DNA from: Candidatus Bathyarchaeia archaeon
GTDB taxonomy: Archaea > Thermoproteota > Bathyarchaeia > Bathyarchaeales > Bathycorpusculaceae
NCBI GenBank assembly: GCA_049512935.1
Contig: JBEKWR010000023.1
Span: forward strand, 1-32,010
Length of the DNA stretch: 32,010 nucleotides
Direction of reading: 5' to 3'
Shown: piece after piece, positions 9,836 to 19,735 of the stretch
Position numbering within the stretch: the first letter of the stretch is position 1
How the letters are laid out: every line of letters starts with the position of its first letter
Notes under the pieces: generated by a model
What the model saw: the letters and a program-made list of their open reading frames with translations, nothing else
What the model was told of the DNA's origin: nothing
The model's database searches: none
Made by a program: the position numbers and the translations under genes

Positions 9836-10909
9836 ATGAAGTTATCTTTTAAAATTGGGTCGGCATGGGGCATCCCAATCGAACTTCACCTGACGTTTAT
9901 CCTGCTCATAATAGCCGTGCTGGGCTTATCCGTCTACTACAACCAGTTCTACTCGTTCATCCTCGTAGTGTTCCTTTTCGTCTTCGTGCTCTTCCACGAA
10001 CTCGCCCACTCGGTCGTAGCGAGACGCTACAACATCCAAGTCCGAAAAATCATCCTCTACCCCATCGGCGGGGTCTCAGAAATAGAGGAAATACCCGAAA
10101 ACCCCTCCATAGAGTGGAGAGTGGCGTTTGCAGGCCCTGCCACAAGCCTAGTCATGGGAGCGGCACTCGTCGGAATAAACTTCGTTTTACCAGTAAAACT
10201 GATATTTCCCCCGTCTCCCGTGGTGATTTCAACGGGGAACCTGCTGCTTGACCTCGGATACCTGAACCTGTTGCTTGGCGCGTTCAATTTGCTTCCAGCA
10301 TTTCCAATGGACGGCGGCAGACTCTTGAGGGCGCTGCTGGCCGAACGCATGAACTTCACGGACGCCACCAAATACGCAAGTTACGTAGGCAGAATACTGG
10401 GCATCGGCATGGCGGTTTTCGGCATACTTTTTCCAGCGTACCTGCTGCTGATTGTGGTAGGCGTCTTCGTTTACGTCGGCGCAAGCGAAGAGGCGGAGCA
10501 AACAATCATCTCCACCACATTGGCAAGCGTCCGCGTGAAAGACGTGATGCAGTCTGAAATCGGCTCTGTACGACCCGACCAAACCCTCACTGAAGCCTTC
10601 GAAGTCATGTTCCAATCCAAGTACCACGACGCACTCGTCGAAAAAGACGGCGTCTTCCAAGGAGTCGCCACCTGGAACGAAATAATCAAGGTTCCCAAAG
10701 ATCAGCGCGGCAACATCAGGGTCGAGCAGATGCCCCTCAGGAACATCTCAACATACCCTGACCAAGCAGTTTTCGAAGCCTACAAGCTTATGGCTAAAGA
10801 AAAAATCGACCTGCTTCCCGTCGTCGAAAAGGACGCGCCTGCCAAAGTTGTGGGTGTCTTGACAAGCGAAGCCGTCACTAACGCCTTCGAGAAAGCGAGG
10901 AACCGCTAA
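9836..10909 (+). CDS. Site-2 (M50) zinc metalloprotease with CBS domains
   Basis: HELAH, AGP, NLLPAFPMDGGR; C-terminal CBS pair (VRVKDVM...). Confidence 0.95.
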   Translation: MKLSFKIGSAWGIPIELHLTFILLIIAVLGLSVYYNQFYSFILVVFLFVFVLFHELAHSVVARRYNIQVRKIILYPIGGVSEIEEIPENPSIEWRVAFAGPATSLVMGAALVGINFVLPVKLIFPPSPVVISTGNLLLDLGYLNLLLGAFNLLPAFPMDGGRLLRALLAERMNFTDATKYASYVGRILGIGMAVFGILFPAYLLLIVVGVFVYVGASEEAEQTIISTTLASVRVKDVMQSEIGSVRPDQTLTEAFEVMFQSKYHDALVEKDGVFQGVATWNEIIKVPKDQRGNIRVEQMPLRNISTYPDQAVFEAYKLMAKEKIDLLPVVEKDAPAKVVGVLTSEAVTNAFEKARNR

Positions 10910-11067
10910 AACTGGAAAAGCCCATTTTGAAGGCACATATGGAATTGCGCCTCGGGCAACGTGGCTTCTTAAAAAGTATGTAATTTCTGCAATAGACAAA
11001 CCCTATTATCTAAAAATAACCGTACTTAACCTAATCCAACTTACATCCAACCGAGTGGAAAAACAAA

Positions 11068-11631
11068 ATGGGTACAGAAATCCGTACGTTTACATCATTA
11101 AAAGACCTAACAGAGTTTCTGACAAACCAGACAACGCAGTACCGCGCGTTGTACGAAGACTACAGCCAATGGCTTGGCACCATGCTGCGAGACATGGAAA
11201 GCACCCACAAAAACGACGAGTGGTACCAGAAATCAGCCGCCCTGCAGAAGAACCTGAAAGCTCAATCCAAGAAACCCGCAGAACCCGCGGAGAAAGGGAA
11301 GAAAGGCGGCAAGGGAAAAGAGGAATCGTCATGCTGGATCCAGTCAGGCGAGGTTCAAATTTCTTTCACTGAGCAGGGACAGGCAGAAATCCTGTTTGAA
11401 GCCATCGAAAAAATCAAAGCCAAAATCTCGGAAAACGAAAAGTTCAAGCTAACCGTTCAGCAGCTTGCGCGCCTGGGTCTTGGAACAACCATCAGCTACA
11501 TAGTCTACTTCGAAGAGGATATCCCCAAAAAAATCGTGCTCAAACCAAAAGCAAACACCAAAGGAGATGAAACCTTCAAGTTCATGGCGGAGCTTTCCGT
11601 GCCAGCCTTCTACAGCGAAGCAAACCCCTAA
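11068..11631 (+). CDS. Hypothetical coiled-coil protein
   Basis: 187-aa ATG ORF with host-like codon usage; ends in IVYFEEDIPKKIVLK. Confidence 0.75.
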   Translation: MGTEIRTFTSLKDLTEFLTNQTTQYRALYEDYSQWLGTMLRDMESTHKNDEWYQKSAALQKNLKAQSKKPAEPAEKGKKGGKGKEESSCWIQSGEVQISFTEQGQAEILFEAIEKIKAKISENEKFKLTVQQLARLGLGTTISYIVYFEEDIPKKIVLKPKANTKGDETFKFMAELSVPAFYSEANP

Positions 11632-11729
11632 ACCCAACTTTGCCGCCCAAGGGTCGCCGCGTACGCTGGCTTCATGCAAAAGTTAAATATTGAAACTGCA
11701 AAAATGAATGTACAGAGGAATAAGCCGTA

Positions 11730-12245
11730 ATCCCCCAGTATGCCGTCTCAGGAGTCGTCGTTTCCATCAGCATTAACAGTTTACACGCTGAAAGAGTCGG
11801 CGAGTACCTTTCGAAAGAGGAGCTTTTTTTCGACGTGAACGCGAAGCTGGAGGAACAGAAAAGAGGCACCAACCAGGTCCTTCTCAGCTTTGAACTTGCG
11901 ATTTCGACTAAGCCCAACGTGGTAAAATACAACATCACAGGCAACGTAAGCCTCGTCGGCAAGCCAGACGACATCAAAAAGAAACTGGAAGTCAACCCTA
12001 AAACCAAAATTCCACAGCTGCTCTTCACCATCTACCAGCACGTCTTCAACTCAATCTACATGCTGGCAGCCAACCTGAACACGCCCTACCCGCCGCCTGA
12101 CCTCCTTCACCCGATGGCGGAGAAAATACAGATAATATCAGCCGCGTCCCAAAACCAGCCGCCTGAAAAACCTGAAGCCCCCGCCCCGGCGCCGACGCCT
12201 GCCGCAGCCACGCCGCCCGCCGCCGCACAAACGGCGCCGAAGTAA
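11730..12245 (+). CDS. Hypothetical protein, possibly SecB-like fold, with Pro/Ala-rich tail; start uncertain (ATC 11730 or GTG 11835)
   Basis: Beta-strand-rich N-terminal half, then helix and PYPPP; frame open from 11724, with GAGGA upstream. Confidence 0.65.
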   Translation: MPQYAVSGVVVSISINSLHAERVGEYLSKEELFFDVNAKLEEQKRGTNQVLLSFELAISTKPNVVKYNITGNVSLVGKPDDIKKKLEVNPKTKIPQLLFTIYQHVFNSIYMLAANLNTPYPPPDLLHPMAEKIQIISAASQNQPPEKPEAPAPAPTPAAATPPAAAQTAPK

Positions 12246-12426
12246 ATCACCGCGATCTTTTCAGTTTTTCTTGAAACGCCCCGTGCAAGGGCTAAGTCGA
12301 TTCCCAAGCTTTTCCGCATAGTACGATTTGTGGACATATTACCAGTTTCGATATAATCAGGAAAGTAGAGCAACGCTTTAAGCGGTTTTTCATCACTCAA
12401 AGCTTTGGAGAAGGAGAAGGGATAAT

Positions 12427-12639
12427 TTGGAAGCGGCAGTAGCCACGTTGCTATTAGTGGTCGCATCGGTTGTTCTCGCATGCACAGTCGTGACCGTAGC
12501 CGTGACCATGGTAGAGCATACAGTAAACACTCAAAACCTGCCTCAACTGGCTCAACTGAAAAGCCTTGAAAACACACTCCTAAACCAGACGTACATAGTA
12601 AACGGGACACTGCCGCAACTCCCTAACCCAACGCCCTAA
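12427..12639 (+). CDS. Small membrane protein with a pilin/archaellin-accessory-like hydrophobic N-terminus
   Basis: MEAAVATLLLVVASVVLACTVV; GGAGAAGG RBS-like element upstream. Confidence 0.65.
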   Translation: MEAAVATLLLVVASVVLACTVVTVAVTMVEHTVNTQNLPQLAQLKSLENTLLNQTYIVNGTLPQLPNPTP

Positions 12640-12763
12640 ACCGTCCCCGCCCAACCATCCAAAACCCCGCTTTTGCAGCCATTTTTCCTTTGCTGACTGC
12701 GAATATGGTTTTTGAATTCATAAATCCTAAAAATGCTGGATGCCCATTCTTGACTGAAGATTC

Positions 12764-13093
12764 ATGTCTACTGGTACAGGAGAAGACATTTCAAGATTCG
12801 ATGCGGAAAACGCAACGTCGCAGACTGTGGACTTTCTGAAGAGGTTAGGTTACAAGCAAAGCTGGCAGCCGATGAAAGTTTCAATGGACGGCGACCTGTA
12901 CATTGTAGAGATGATGTTCCAGAAGCTGACGGCTAAGGTGCAGATAAACAGCAAAACCAAGGAGATAAAAGAGTACGAGCTGCAGGAAAACGAGGCGGAA
13001 AACAAATCGTTCTTCAACTCGAAAAAACTGATGTTCATCGTCATCGGCGCCTCGGCAGCAGTAGTTTTACTTACGCTAATGGGCGTCTTCTAA
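12764..13093 (+). CDS. Hypothetical protein with C-terminal membrane anchor
   Basis: 109 aa; ends KKLMFIVIGASAAVVLLTLMGVF. Confidence 0.75.
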   Translation: MSTGTGEDISRFDAENATSQTVDFLKRLGYKQSWQPMKVSMDGDLYIVEMMFQKLTAKVQINSKTKEIKEYELQENEAENKSFFNSKKLMFIVIGASAAVVLLTLMGVF

Positions 13094-13229
13094 ATCAAAC
13101 AGGTTCTTCAAGTCTTCAAAAAAACCATCAATTAACTTCATTTCAGATTCATATAAATGAAAAACCTTAATTCTTCAACGGCAGACTGCCTGTGGATTGA
13201 TTACCGATCTCGCAATGTTTTGTTTAAGC

Positions 13230-14072
13230 TTATTTCTTAAGGTTATTGCTGTTTAAGGAGAATCTGTATGGTCTTTCCGATTTATCTACGGTTATTAATC
13301 CTTTGTTTACTAATCGAATCAGTTCTCTGCCGACAAATCCTCTTGCCATCTTCATTTCTTTCGCAATACTGTCAATGGTGGTGTTCCCTTTTTTGATTTG
13401 CCCAAGTAATGTTTTTTCCATCAACTTTTGTTGTGCAGCCATCCTAAGAGGTTTTTCGATTGGAGACGTAATGCCGTGTTTTTCTTTTAGTCCACGTAGC
13501 GTTTGATAAAGACCGTCTTCCCAGCAGATTCCGGACAATTCAGATTGGCTTCTGCATTCTTGACCGATAATATCCCAATTAAGGCCTGACCGCGCGAGTA
13601 CTCCAGTATCATCTAGGTCTACCTCTCTTGAAGTAATGCCTTTGAACAGAAAAAGGTCCTCCTTTGAAGCCATGAGAATTTTCAAGTGGTTACCTTGATA
13701 GATTGCGGTTGCTCTATTTTGCATCTCATTAGAAAGCGTTAGCTTGCCGCAGACTTTGTTTAGGAATATGTCCCATCGGAAGCTTTCCAGGTTTTCCAGT
13801 ATGGCGCTTGTCTGCACTTCATTGTATGGTCCAGTGATAACAAGAGGATTTGGCTCAGTGTAGCCCAACGCTTCGAGGGTTACTTTTAGGTTGTTCAGAT
13901 CATCTTGGTTTGTAAGAATAACATCAATGTCTTTTGTCGCGTCTTTAACACCGTAAAAAGACATTGCGCCCCCACCTATGAGGTAAAGCGTCAAAGGGTG
14001 CTTCATTGCCGCATTTAGTTTATCGAATTCCTGTTGGAGGTAGTTCTTGTCAAAAGAACGTCTTTGAATCAT
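13230..14072 (-). CDS. Nucleotidyltransferase (DUF6036/AbiEii-like) with C-terminal wHTH; putative toxin
   Basis: YLIGGGAM...KDATKDIDV motif, EDLFLFK...REVDLDD; ATGA overlap with the upstream gene. Confidence 0.8.
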   Translation of the reverse strand: MIQRRSFDKNYLQQEFDKLNAAMKHPLTLYLIGGGAMSFYGVKDATKDIDVILTNQDDLNNLKVTLEALGYTEPNPLVITGPYNEVQTSAILENLESFRWDIFLNKVCGKLTLSNEMQNRATAIYQGNHLKILMASKEDLFLFKGITSREVDLDDTGVLARSGLNWDIIGQECRSQSELSGICWEDGLYQTLRGLKEKHGITSPIEKPLRMAAQQKLMEKTLLGQIKKGNTTIDSIAKEMKMARGFVGRELIRLVNKGLITVDKSERPYRFSLNSNNLKK

Positions 14073-15016
14073 TCAGCAGTCACCAAGTAGTCCTTAGCTT
14101 TCGTTATAAACTCCTCCCACGTGGGCAATGAGTGATCTTTTGGTTGCACATGAGTATCTAGGAATTGAAACAACTTGGTTATTTCATTTGCAAGCCCAAA
14201 CCTGTTGGCTGCTTGTAACAGATAGGTTTTATCAATTTGTTGACAAGTTTTTTTGAGCAGCAAAAGCGCGTAGGTTTTGTACCTGACATTCGTCGGTTCT
14301 ATAAGTAGAGTATGCAGTAACACATCTTCAAGTTTGAGCGTTTTCTTGTTTGTTGAATAAAAGTAATAATCAAACTCAGAAATTAGAGGAAGGTCATATT
14401 GAGGGAACACTGAAAGAGCTGTTTTGAAAAAGTTCGGCATGGATGGCTTGGTGTCATTTGGAACTCTTATCAGAAATTCCATGTCCTTTTGCCAGAGAAT
14501 AGCCGAGTTTTCCGAGAACGTACGAGCGAGCTTGTTTGCGAAGAACTTTTGGTATTCACGCAAGAACTCAATTAGAAGATTGAATTGCGGGTTAATTGCG
14601 TTTGTTGGTGTGATTATTCCTCTAGCCTTCAAATTTCTGCGGTATCTCCACAGAGTGCTCTTTGGGGCGGTTGCAAGATTTTTATTGTTTTCTAACAACT
14701 CAAATAGAATTCTGAGGGCTTTCCCGCTCAATATATTATCCCAATCAACGTAGTCGTATGTTAAGATTAAGTCTCTTAGAACTATTGCATGTTTGAAATC
14801 AGCAATAAATACCTGTTTTTTGTTATTTTTTTTGACTGTTCTCGCAAGCCCTTTTGTTTGAAGCTTTTGCAGATTATAGGAAAGAAGTGATGGGCTTACG
14901 GAGAGTGTAGTCTCTATTGAAGAGAGGTCGTGTTTTCCTTTCGCTATCTCTTCAAGGATTTTTAATTCTGCTTTGCTGAAGGAGTATTCTGAGCTTGCGG
15001 TTTTCATAAGTTCCAT
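14069..15016 (-). CDS. wHTH regulator, putative AbiEi-like antitoxin
   Basis: N-terminal FSKAELKILEEI...SPSLLSYNLQKLQTKGL HTH; translationally coupled to the nucleotidyltransferase. Confidence 0.7.
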   Translation of the reverse strand: MELMKTASSEYSFSKAELKILEEIAKGKHDLSSIETTLSVSPSLLSYNLQKLQTKGLARTVKKNNKKQVFIADFKHAIVLRDLILTYDYVDWDNILSGKALRILFELLENNKNLATAPKSTLWRYRRNLKARGIITPTNAINPQFNLLIEFLREYQKFFANKLARTFSENSAILWQKDMEFLIRVPNDTKPSMPNFFKTALSVFPQYDLPLISEFDYYFYSTNKKTLKLEDVLLHTLLIEPTNVRYKTYALLLLKKTCQQIDKTYLLQAANRFGLANEITKLFQFLDTHVQPKDHSLPTWEEFITKAKDYLVTAE

Positions 15017-15058
15017 TATATTGAAATACTATATAAGCTTTTCAATCTTATGGAACTT
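15008..15058 (-). promoter_or_regulatory. 19-bp inverted-repeat operator enclosing a TATA box
   Basis: AAGTTCCATTATATTGAAA (15008-15026) and TTTCAATCTTATGGAACTT (15040-15058) match at 17/19; spacer contains TATATAAG. Confidence 0.75.
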
Positions 15059-15132
15059 TAAAAGTTTAAACAACTGATTAAAAAATCTCTTCCAAAAGCC
15101 AACAACCCTAAACAGTCTCCCTACGCTTGTAG

Positions 15133-15215
15133 CTAGACCAGCAAAACCCATGCATGCGTTGTCATAGTCAAGGTTGGTCTGCGATGGCAGCCCGCCACGC
15201 TAACCTGTCAGGTCC
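15133..15215 (+). ncRNA. Possible truncated SRP RNA S-domain-like fragment
   Basis: GATGGCAGCCCGCCACGCTAACCTGTCAGGTCC resembles the SRP helix 6-to-8 junction but lacks the GGAAG..AGCA continuation; local stems are possible. Confidence 0.3.
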
Positions 15216-15291
15216 AAACCTCAGCGGATTTACCATTCTCTTAAACCATCTTGAAAAATCTTATATTGCTTGTTTTTTCTTAGAGTAGATT

Positions 15292-15720
15292 ATGGCAAAA
15301 GTCAAGGATATCATGACTAAGGAAGTTGTTTCAATAGGCGTTAACAACAGCGTTTTTGAAGCGGCGGTGCTGATGGGTTCAAGCCAAATCGGCTGCTTGG
15401 TGATAGTGGACGGAGAATCACCCGTTGGAATAGTCACTGAAAGGGACATCGTAAGAAGAGTAATCGCGAAAAGACTGCCTTTAGACACTAAGGTTTCAGA
15501 CATCATGTCCAAATCCCTCATCACGGTTGACCCTGGCGCTTCGCTTAAGGAGGCGGCGCGGCTCATGTCAAGCAACAAGATTCGAAGGCTCCCAGTCATG
15601 CAGCAGAACAAGCTTGTCGGAATCGTTGTGGCTGCCGATTTAGTGCGTGACCTCGGGAAGAAATCTGTTTCCGAGGAAATAATTGAGGCTATGGGACGTC
15701 ACCCTGCCACCCTGACCTGA
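15292..15720 (+). CDS. CBS domain protein
   Basis: KVKDIMT...GIVTERD and VSDIMS...IRRLPV tandem CBS repeats. Confidence 0.93.
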   Translation: MAKVKDIMTKEVVSIGVNNSVFEAAVLMGSSQIGCLVIVDGESPVGIVTERDIVRRVIAKRLPLDTKVSDIMSKSLITVDPGASLKEAARLMSSNKIRRLPVMQQNKLVGIVVAADLVRDLGKKSVSEEIIEAMGRHPATLT

Positions 15721-15860
15721 ACGTGAGACCCGCCTTTTTCCAAGTCGTGACTGAACGGGCTAAGAGAAGCCATAAAAGAGAGCGTTAAGCTACTTAGAAA
15801 TAGGAAATTCACGGCTGTTTTCGATTGTAACAGCTGGCTGTTTGGGATGGTTGAGAAAAA

Positions 15861-17180
15861 ATGAGCATCTTTAGAGCGTATGATATTCGAGGAATCTACG
15901 GTGAGGATTTGACGGTTGAAATCATGGAGAGAATCGGCAAGGCTGCGGGAACCCTGTGCCCTGGCAACTTCACGGTTGGAAGAGACTTCAGGGAGCACAG
16001 CGACGAGCTGGAGAAAGCGTTCATCTCAGGCGTATTAAGCACAGGTTCAAACGCCCACTTAATCGGCACCTGCCCAGCCAGCCTCTGCGTCTTCGCTAAC
16101 TGGCATCTGAAAAACGACGTCGCCGCCTACATCACCGCTTCACATCTGCCTGCGAACTGGAACGGCGTGAAGTTTTTCCACCAGGACGGCGTCGGCTTCT
16201 TCGAGGAGGAAAACAAGAAGCTTGAGCAGATTCACCTTTCAGGCGAATTCAAGAAGGGCGTTGGCAAAGCGGAAAACATCGCTGGGATGGAAGAAAAATA
16301 CATCGCTTTCATCAAGGAAAGAATAAAGCCGAAAAAGCTGAAGGTGGTGATTGATTTCGGGAACGGCGCAGCCTGCCTGCTTGTCCCCAAAATTCTGAAA
16401 AGCCTAAACGTTGAAGCCAAGTACCTGTTTGATTGGCCTGACTCAACATTCCCAAACCGTGACCCTGAACCTAAACCTGAATCGCTGGGCGCGCTCAGCA
16501 AGAAGGTTGTTGAGGAGAAGGCGGATTTGGGAGTGGCTTTTGACGCGGACGGCGACCGCGCTCTTTTCGCCGACGAGAAGGGTAGGGTCATGATGGCGGA
16601 GCAAAGCGCAGTTTTGCTGATGCGTGACCTGATGAAGACAAGAAGGGGACCCGTCGTCGCCAACATCGAGTGCTCCAGCCTGCTTGATGAGGAAGCCGCA
16701 AAGTTCGGTCAGCAGGTTTTTCGCATTCCCGTGGGGCACACGTTTCTGGTTCAGCAGACCAAGGAGCACAACGCCATTTTAGGCGTGGAGAAGTCGGGGC
16801 ACATATGCGTGCCAAAGTTCACGTGGTTCGACGACGCCATTATCAACAGCGTGTACCTGATGGAGATAGTTTCAAACCTTGGCAAGAAAGTCTCCGAAGT
16901 CGTGGATAAGCTTCCGAAGGAGTTCTTTGACCGCGTAGAGCTTGACAGCACCGACGAGGCAAAGTTCGCGTTGGTTGAACGGGTAAAAGAGGCGGCAACG
17001 GAGCGGTACAGCAAGATAACGGCGATAGACGGCGTGCGAGTGGATTTTCCCGATTCGTGGGCGTTGATTCGCGCGTCAAACACCAGCCCGAAGATAAGGC
17101 TGACCATTGAGGCTAAAAGCCAAAAGAGACTTCAAGAGTTAAAAGCTGAGATGATGAACCTAATCGTGAGCGTAAGTTGA
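15861..17180 (+). CDS. Phosphomannomutase/phosphoglucomutase
   Basis: IFRAYDIRG, TASHLP, DADGDR, EKSGH, RASNTSP. Confidence 0.95.
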   Translation: MSIFRAYDIRGIYGEDLTVEIMERIGKAAGTLCPGNFTVGRDFREHSDELEKAFISGVLSTGSNAHLIGTCPASLCVFANWHLKNDVAAYITASHLPANWNGVKFFHQDGVGFFEEENKKLEQIHLSGEFKKGVGKAENIAGMEEKYIAFIKERIKPKKLKVVIDFGNGAACLLVPKILKSLNVEAKYLFDWPDSTFPNRDPEPKPESLGALSKKVVEEKADLGVAFDADGDRALFADEKGRVMMAEQSAVLLMRDLMKTRRGPVVANIECSSLLDEEAAKFGQQVFRIPVGHTFLVQQTKEHNAILGVEKSGHICVPKFTWFDDAIINSVYLMEIVSNLGKKVSEVVDKLPKEFFDRVELDSTDEAKFALVERVKEAATERYSKITAIDGVRVDFPDSWALIRASNTSPKIRLTIEAKSQKRLQELKAEMMNLIVSVS

Positions 17181-17220
17181 ATCATTGCCGCTCCAGACTT
17201 TTCCAGCGTTGGCCTGAATG

Positions 17221-18906
17221 TTACTTTGACTTGTTTGGAGCCTCGCCACTTGAGGCACCGTGAATGTATCTTTTTCCTCTAAGAAGCGACGCGACAGCTG
17301 CGACGCCTGCTAACACGGCACTCACATAGAACGCGCTGTGCAGGGAAGACATGAAGGATTTTGCTATCGCATTTGGGAACCAGTGCAACCCAGTGAGAGT
17401 GCTGATTGCTTGGCTGCTTAGTGATGCCGCTACGCTGGGGGGCAGCTGGGCTAAGATTGACGCGACGGGGTTGTAGCCTAAGAAGGCGGAGAAGAGCGAT
17501 TGCGTCGGCGAGAGCGCAGTGAAGTAGTGGACCAACTGAAGCGCTCCTGCGTTGGTTAAGGAGGAAGCGAAGGCTGATGGAAGCCCGTTTGAAAGCGAGA
17601 AAACGATGACTGCGAAGAACGCGGCGATGCTTGCCACCATCCCTGTGTTCTGCAGCGTGGTTCTCATTCCAGATGCGACGCCTCTGTTCTCAGGCGGCAC
17701 CGAGTTCATTATCGACGCTGTGTTAGGCGAAGCGAACATGCCCATCCCGAGCCCCTGCACGTATATCAACAAAGCGAAGTCGAGGTAGTCGAAGTTGTAG
17801 GGAAGCGTTGCCAAGCCAAGGAATGTCACGCAGGTAATTACCATGCCGAGGCTAGCCAAACCCCTCGCACCGTACTTGTCCGATAGGGTTCCGCTGATTG
17901 GCCCCATGGTTACGAACCCAGCTGAGAGGGGAAGCAGGTAGACTCCAGCCCAGAAAGGCGTGTCTGTGTAGCTGACCCCGTGCAGAGGAAGCCAGATGCC
18001 CTGGAGAAGTATGCTGAGCATGATCATCACGCCGCCCCTTGCCATTGAAGCGAGAAAACCAGCAAATATTCCCGCGGAGAACGTGCGAATCTTGAAGAGG
18101 CTGAGCTTGAACATGGGCGATTTGACTACTCTTTCCACGAAGGGGAACGCCACGAGCAGCGCAGCGCCAGATGTCAGGCCAGCTATCACATATGGGTCAG
18201 ACCAGCCCATGCTTGAGGAGCCGTAAGGAAGCAGCCCGTAAGTAAGCGAAATCAAAAGCACGGTTAAGCCAACGGCGAATGTGACGTTGCCCCAAACATC
18301 AATCTTCTCGCCTCTGCACATCGTTCCCAGCTCCTTTAGCTTCCAGTAAGACCACACCGCCCCAAAGGTGCTCACGGGAACGCTGACCAAAAAGACAAGC
18401 CTCCAATCGATCGTCGCCAAGGTGCCGCCTATGACGAGCCCTATAAACGAGCCTGCCAATGCCGCGACCTGATTTATGCCAAGAGCCTTGCCCCGCTCAT
18501 TCGTTGGAAACGCGTCTGTTATTATCGCGGCGCTGTTTGAAAAAAGGAAGGCCGCTCCGACCGCCTGAACGATTCGGAAAAAGATCAGTTCCAACGCGCC
18601 AAGGTCTCCCATGTTCGGGGTGAGGAAAAGAAGGATGGAGCCGACGGCGAATATTGCGAACCCCAAGTTGTAGAGCCTGACCCTTCCGAAAATGTCCGAG
18701 ATTCGCCCGAACGACACCAGAAGCGTTGCGGTGACGATCAAGTAGCCGAACAAAATCCAGAGCAGGTAAGGAAACGAAGTCGTCGGGTTCAGGTTTATGC
18801 CGCGGAAAATTGCTGGAAGAGCTATGAGCACTATCGTGCCGTCTATGGAAGCCATCAAAGTGCCAAGCGTCGTGTTGGAAAGCGCAACCCACTTGTACTC
18901 AACCAT
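17221..18906 (-). CDS. MFS transporter (DHA2/EmrB-like)
   Basis: GRISDIFGR motif A, ERGKALG, many transmembrane segments. Confidence 0.95.
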   Translation of the reverse strand: MVEYKWVALSNTTLGTLMASIDGTIVLIALPAIFRGINLNPTTSFPYLLWILFGYLIVTATLLVSFGRISDIFGRVRLYNLGFAIFAVGSILLFLTPNMGDLGALELIFFRIVQAVGAAFLFSNSAAIITDAFPTNERGKALGINQVAALAGSFIGLVIGGTLATIDWRLVFLVSVPVSTFGAVWSYWKLKELGTMCRGEKIDVWGNVTFAVGLTVLLISLTYGLLPYGSSSMGWSDPYVIAGLTSGAALLVAFPFVERVVKSPMFKLSLFKIRTFSAGIFAGFLASMARGGVMIMLSILLQGIWLPLHGVSYTDTPFWAGVYLLPLSAGFVTMGPISGTLSDKYGARGLASLGMVITCVTFLGLATLPYNFDYLDFALLIYVQGLGMGMFASPNTASIMNSVPPENRGVASGMRTTLQNTGMVASIAAFFAVIVFSLSNGLPSAFASSLTNAGALQLVHYFTALSPTQSLFSAFLGYNPVASILAQLPPSVAASLSSQAISTLTGLHWFPNAIAKSFMSSLHSAFYVSAVLAGVAAVASLLRGKRYIHGASSGEAPNKSK

Positions 18907-19000
18907 GAAATTTGCACCCCTTGCATGGTCAGCCAGCGTTACGGAATTATCAGGCTTTTCTTCACTTCTTACTTAATAATTTATGGGTATCCTCTCAAGA

Positions 19001-19045
19001 GGCTGTAGATTCCGACTCTCGATTCTCGCGCCCGAAGCTACATGC
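19001..19045 (-). repeat. Highly degenerate tRNA-Pro-derived repeat (copy 5)
   Basis: GGCTGTAGATTCCGACTCTCGATTCTCGCGCCCGAAGCTACATGC; last 18 nt match the tRNA at 16/18, and AGATT...ACTCTCG is in register with copy 2. Confidence 0.55.
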
Positions 19046-19082
19046 AATTCTCCACGAAACCAAACGATTTTTCGAATCCGAA

Positions 19083-19472
19083 TTATCTGGTTTGCTTGGG
19101 GTTGTACCTGTTTTTCTCTGAGAAGAAGTCCATCACTCGGGTTCTCTGAAAGAATTTGGCAGAATGAGCCGCGCCTGCCGGAATAAGGTATTCGTCGCCT
19201 TTCATGAAGACTCTCGGCTGACCAGCAATGTTCATCTCCATTTTTCCATCGATAACGATTCCCCACTGAGGATAACTGTGGCTGTGCGCAGGCAGATCGG
19301 TGCCCGCTTCAAACTGGAAAAAAACCAGCTGACTCGACTCCGCCTGGTGAATCCATGCTTTTGCGCCTTCAATTTGAATTTCCGCTTTCGGCAGACGAGT
19401 TATAACTTCGGGGTAACCTGAAGCCTTCTGAGACAGTGTTTTAACCAAGCGTTTACACCTGTGGATATGCAA
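19083..19472 (-). CDS. Cupin domain protein; start probably slightly downstream
   Basis: PAHSH..QWGIVIDG...GDEYLIPAGAAH. Confidence 0.88.
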   Translation of the reverse strand: MHIHRCKRLVKTLSQKASGYPEVITRLPKAEIQIEGAKAWIHQAESSQLVFFQFEAGTDLPAHSHSYPQWGIVIDGKMEMNIAGQPRVFMKGDEYLIPAGAAHSAKFFQRTRVMDFFSEKNRYNPKQTR

Positions 19473-19735
19473 GTTGCGGAAAGATAGAAAAACCCTTTGG
19501 ATTTGCTTCGCAGGTTGCAGACTTTAAGGTTGGGCTGGTTAGGAGCCCTGCGCTCACGTTTGGGAATTGCCTTTTCACTTTCAAAGCCTCTTCTTTCCAA
19601 AGAACAACGCCCATGTCAATTTATTATCAGAGCAAGTGCACTCATTTTCGATAACTTTAAAGAAAGCTGGGAAGTTCTCAATGAAGTTTGGTTTGCGGGA
19701 CCATGCTCATTCTGAATTTGACTGGGGCTGATTGT

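Noticed and set aside
13176-13200. CAACGGCAGACTGCCTGTGG as the other half of an SRP RNA split by the island
   Set aside because: Similarity is too short to support, and its order relative to the 15133 fragment does not fit a simple interruption.
19528-19550. GGTTGGGCTGG followed by TTAGGAGCCCTG, resembling the tRNA end and part of the intron
   Set aside because: Short, non-colinear matches compatible with chance.
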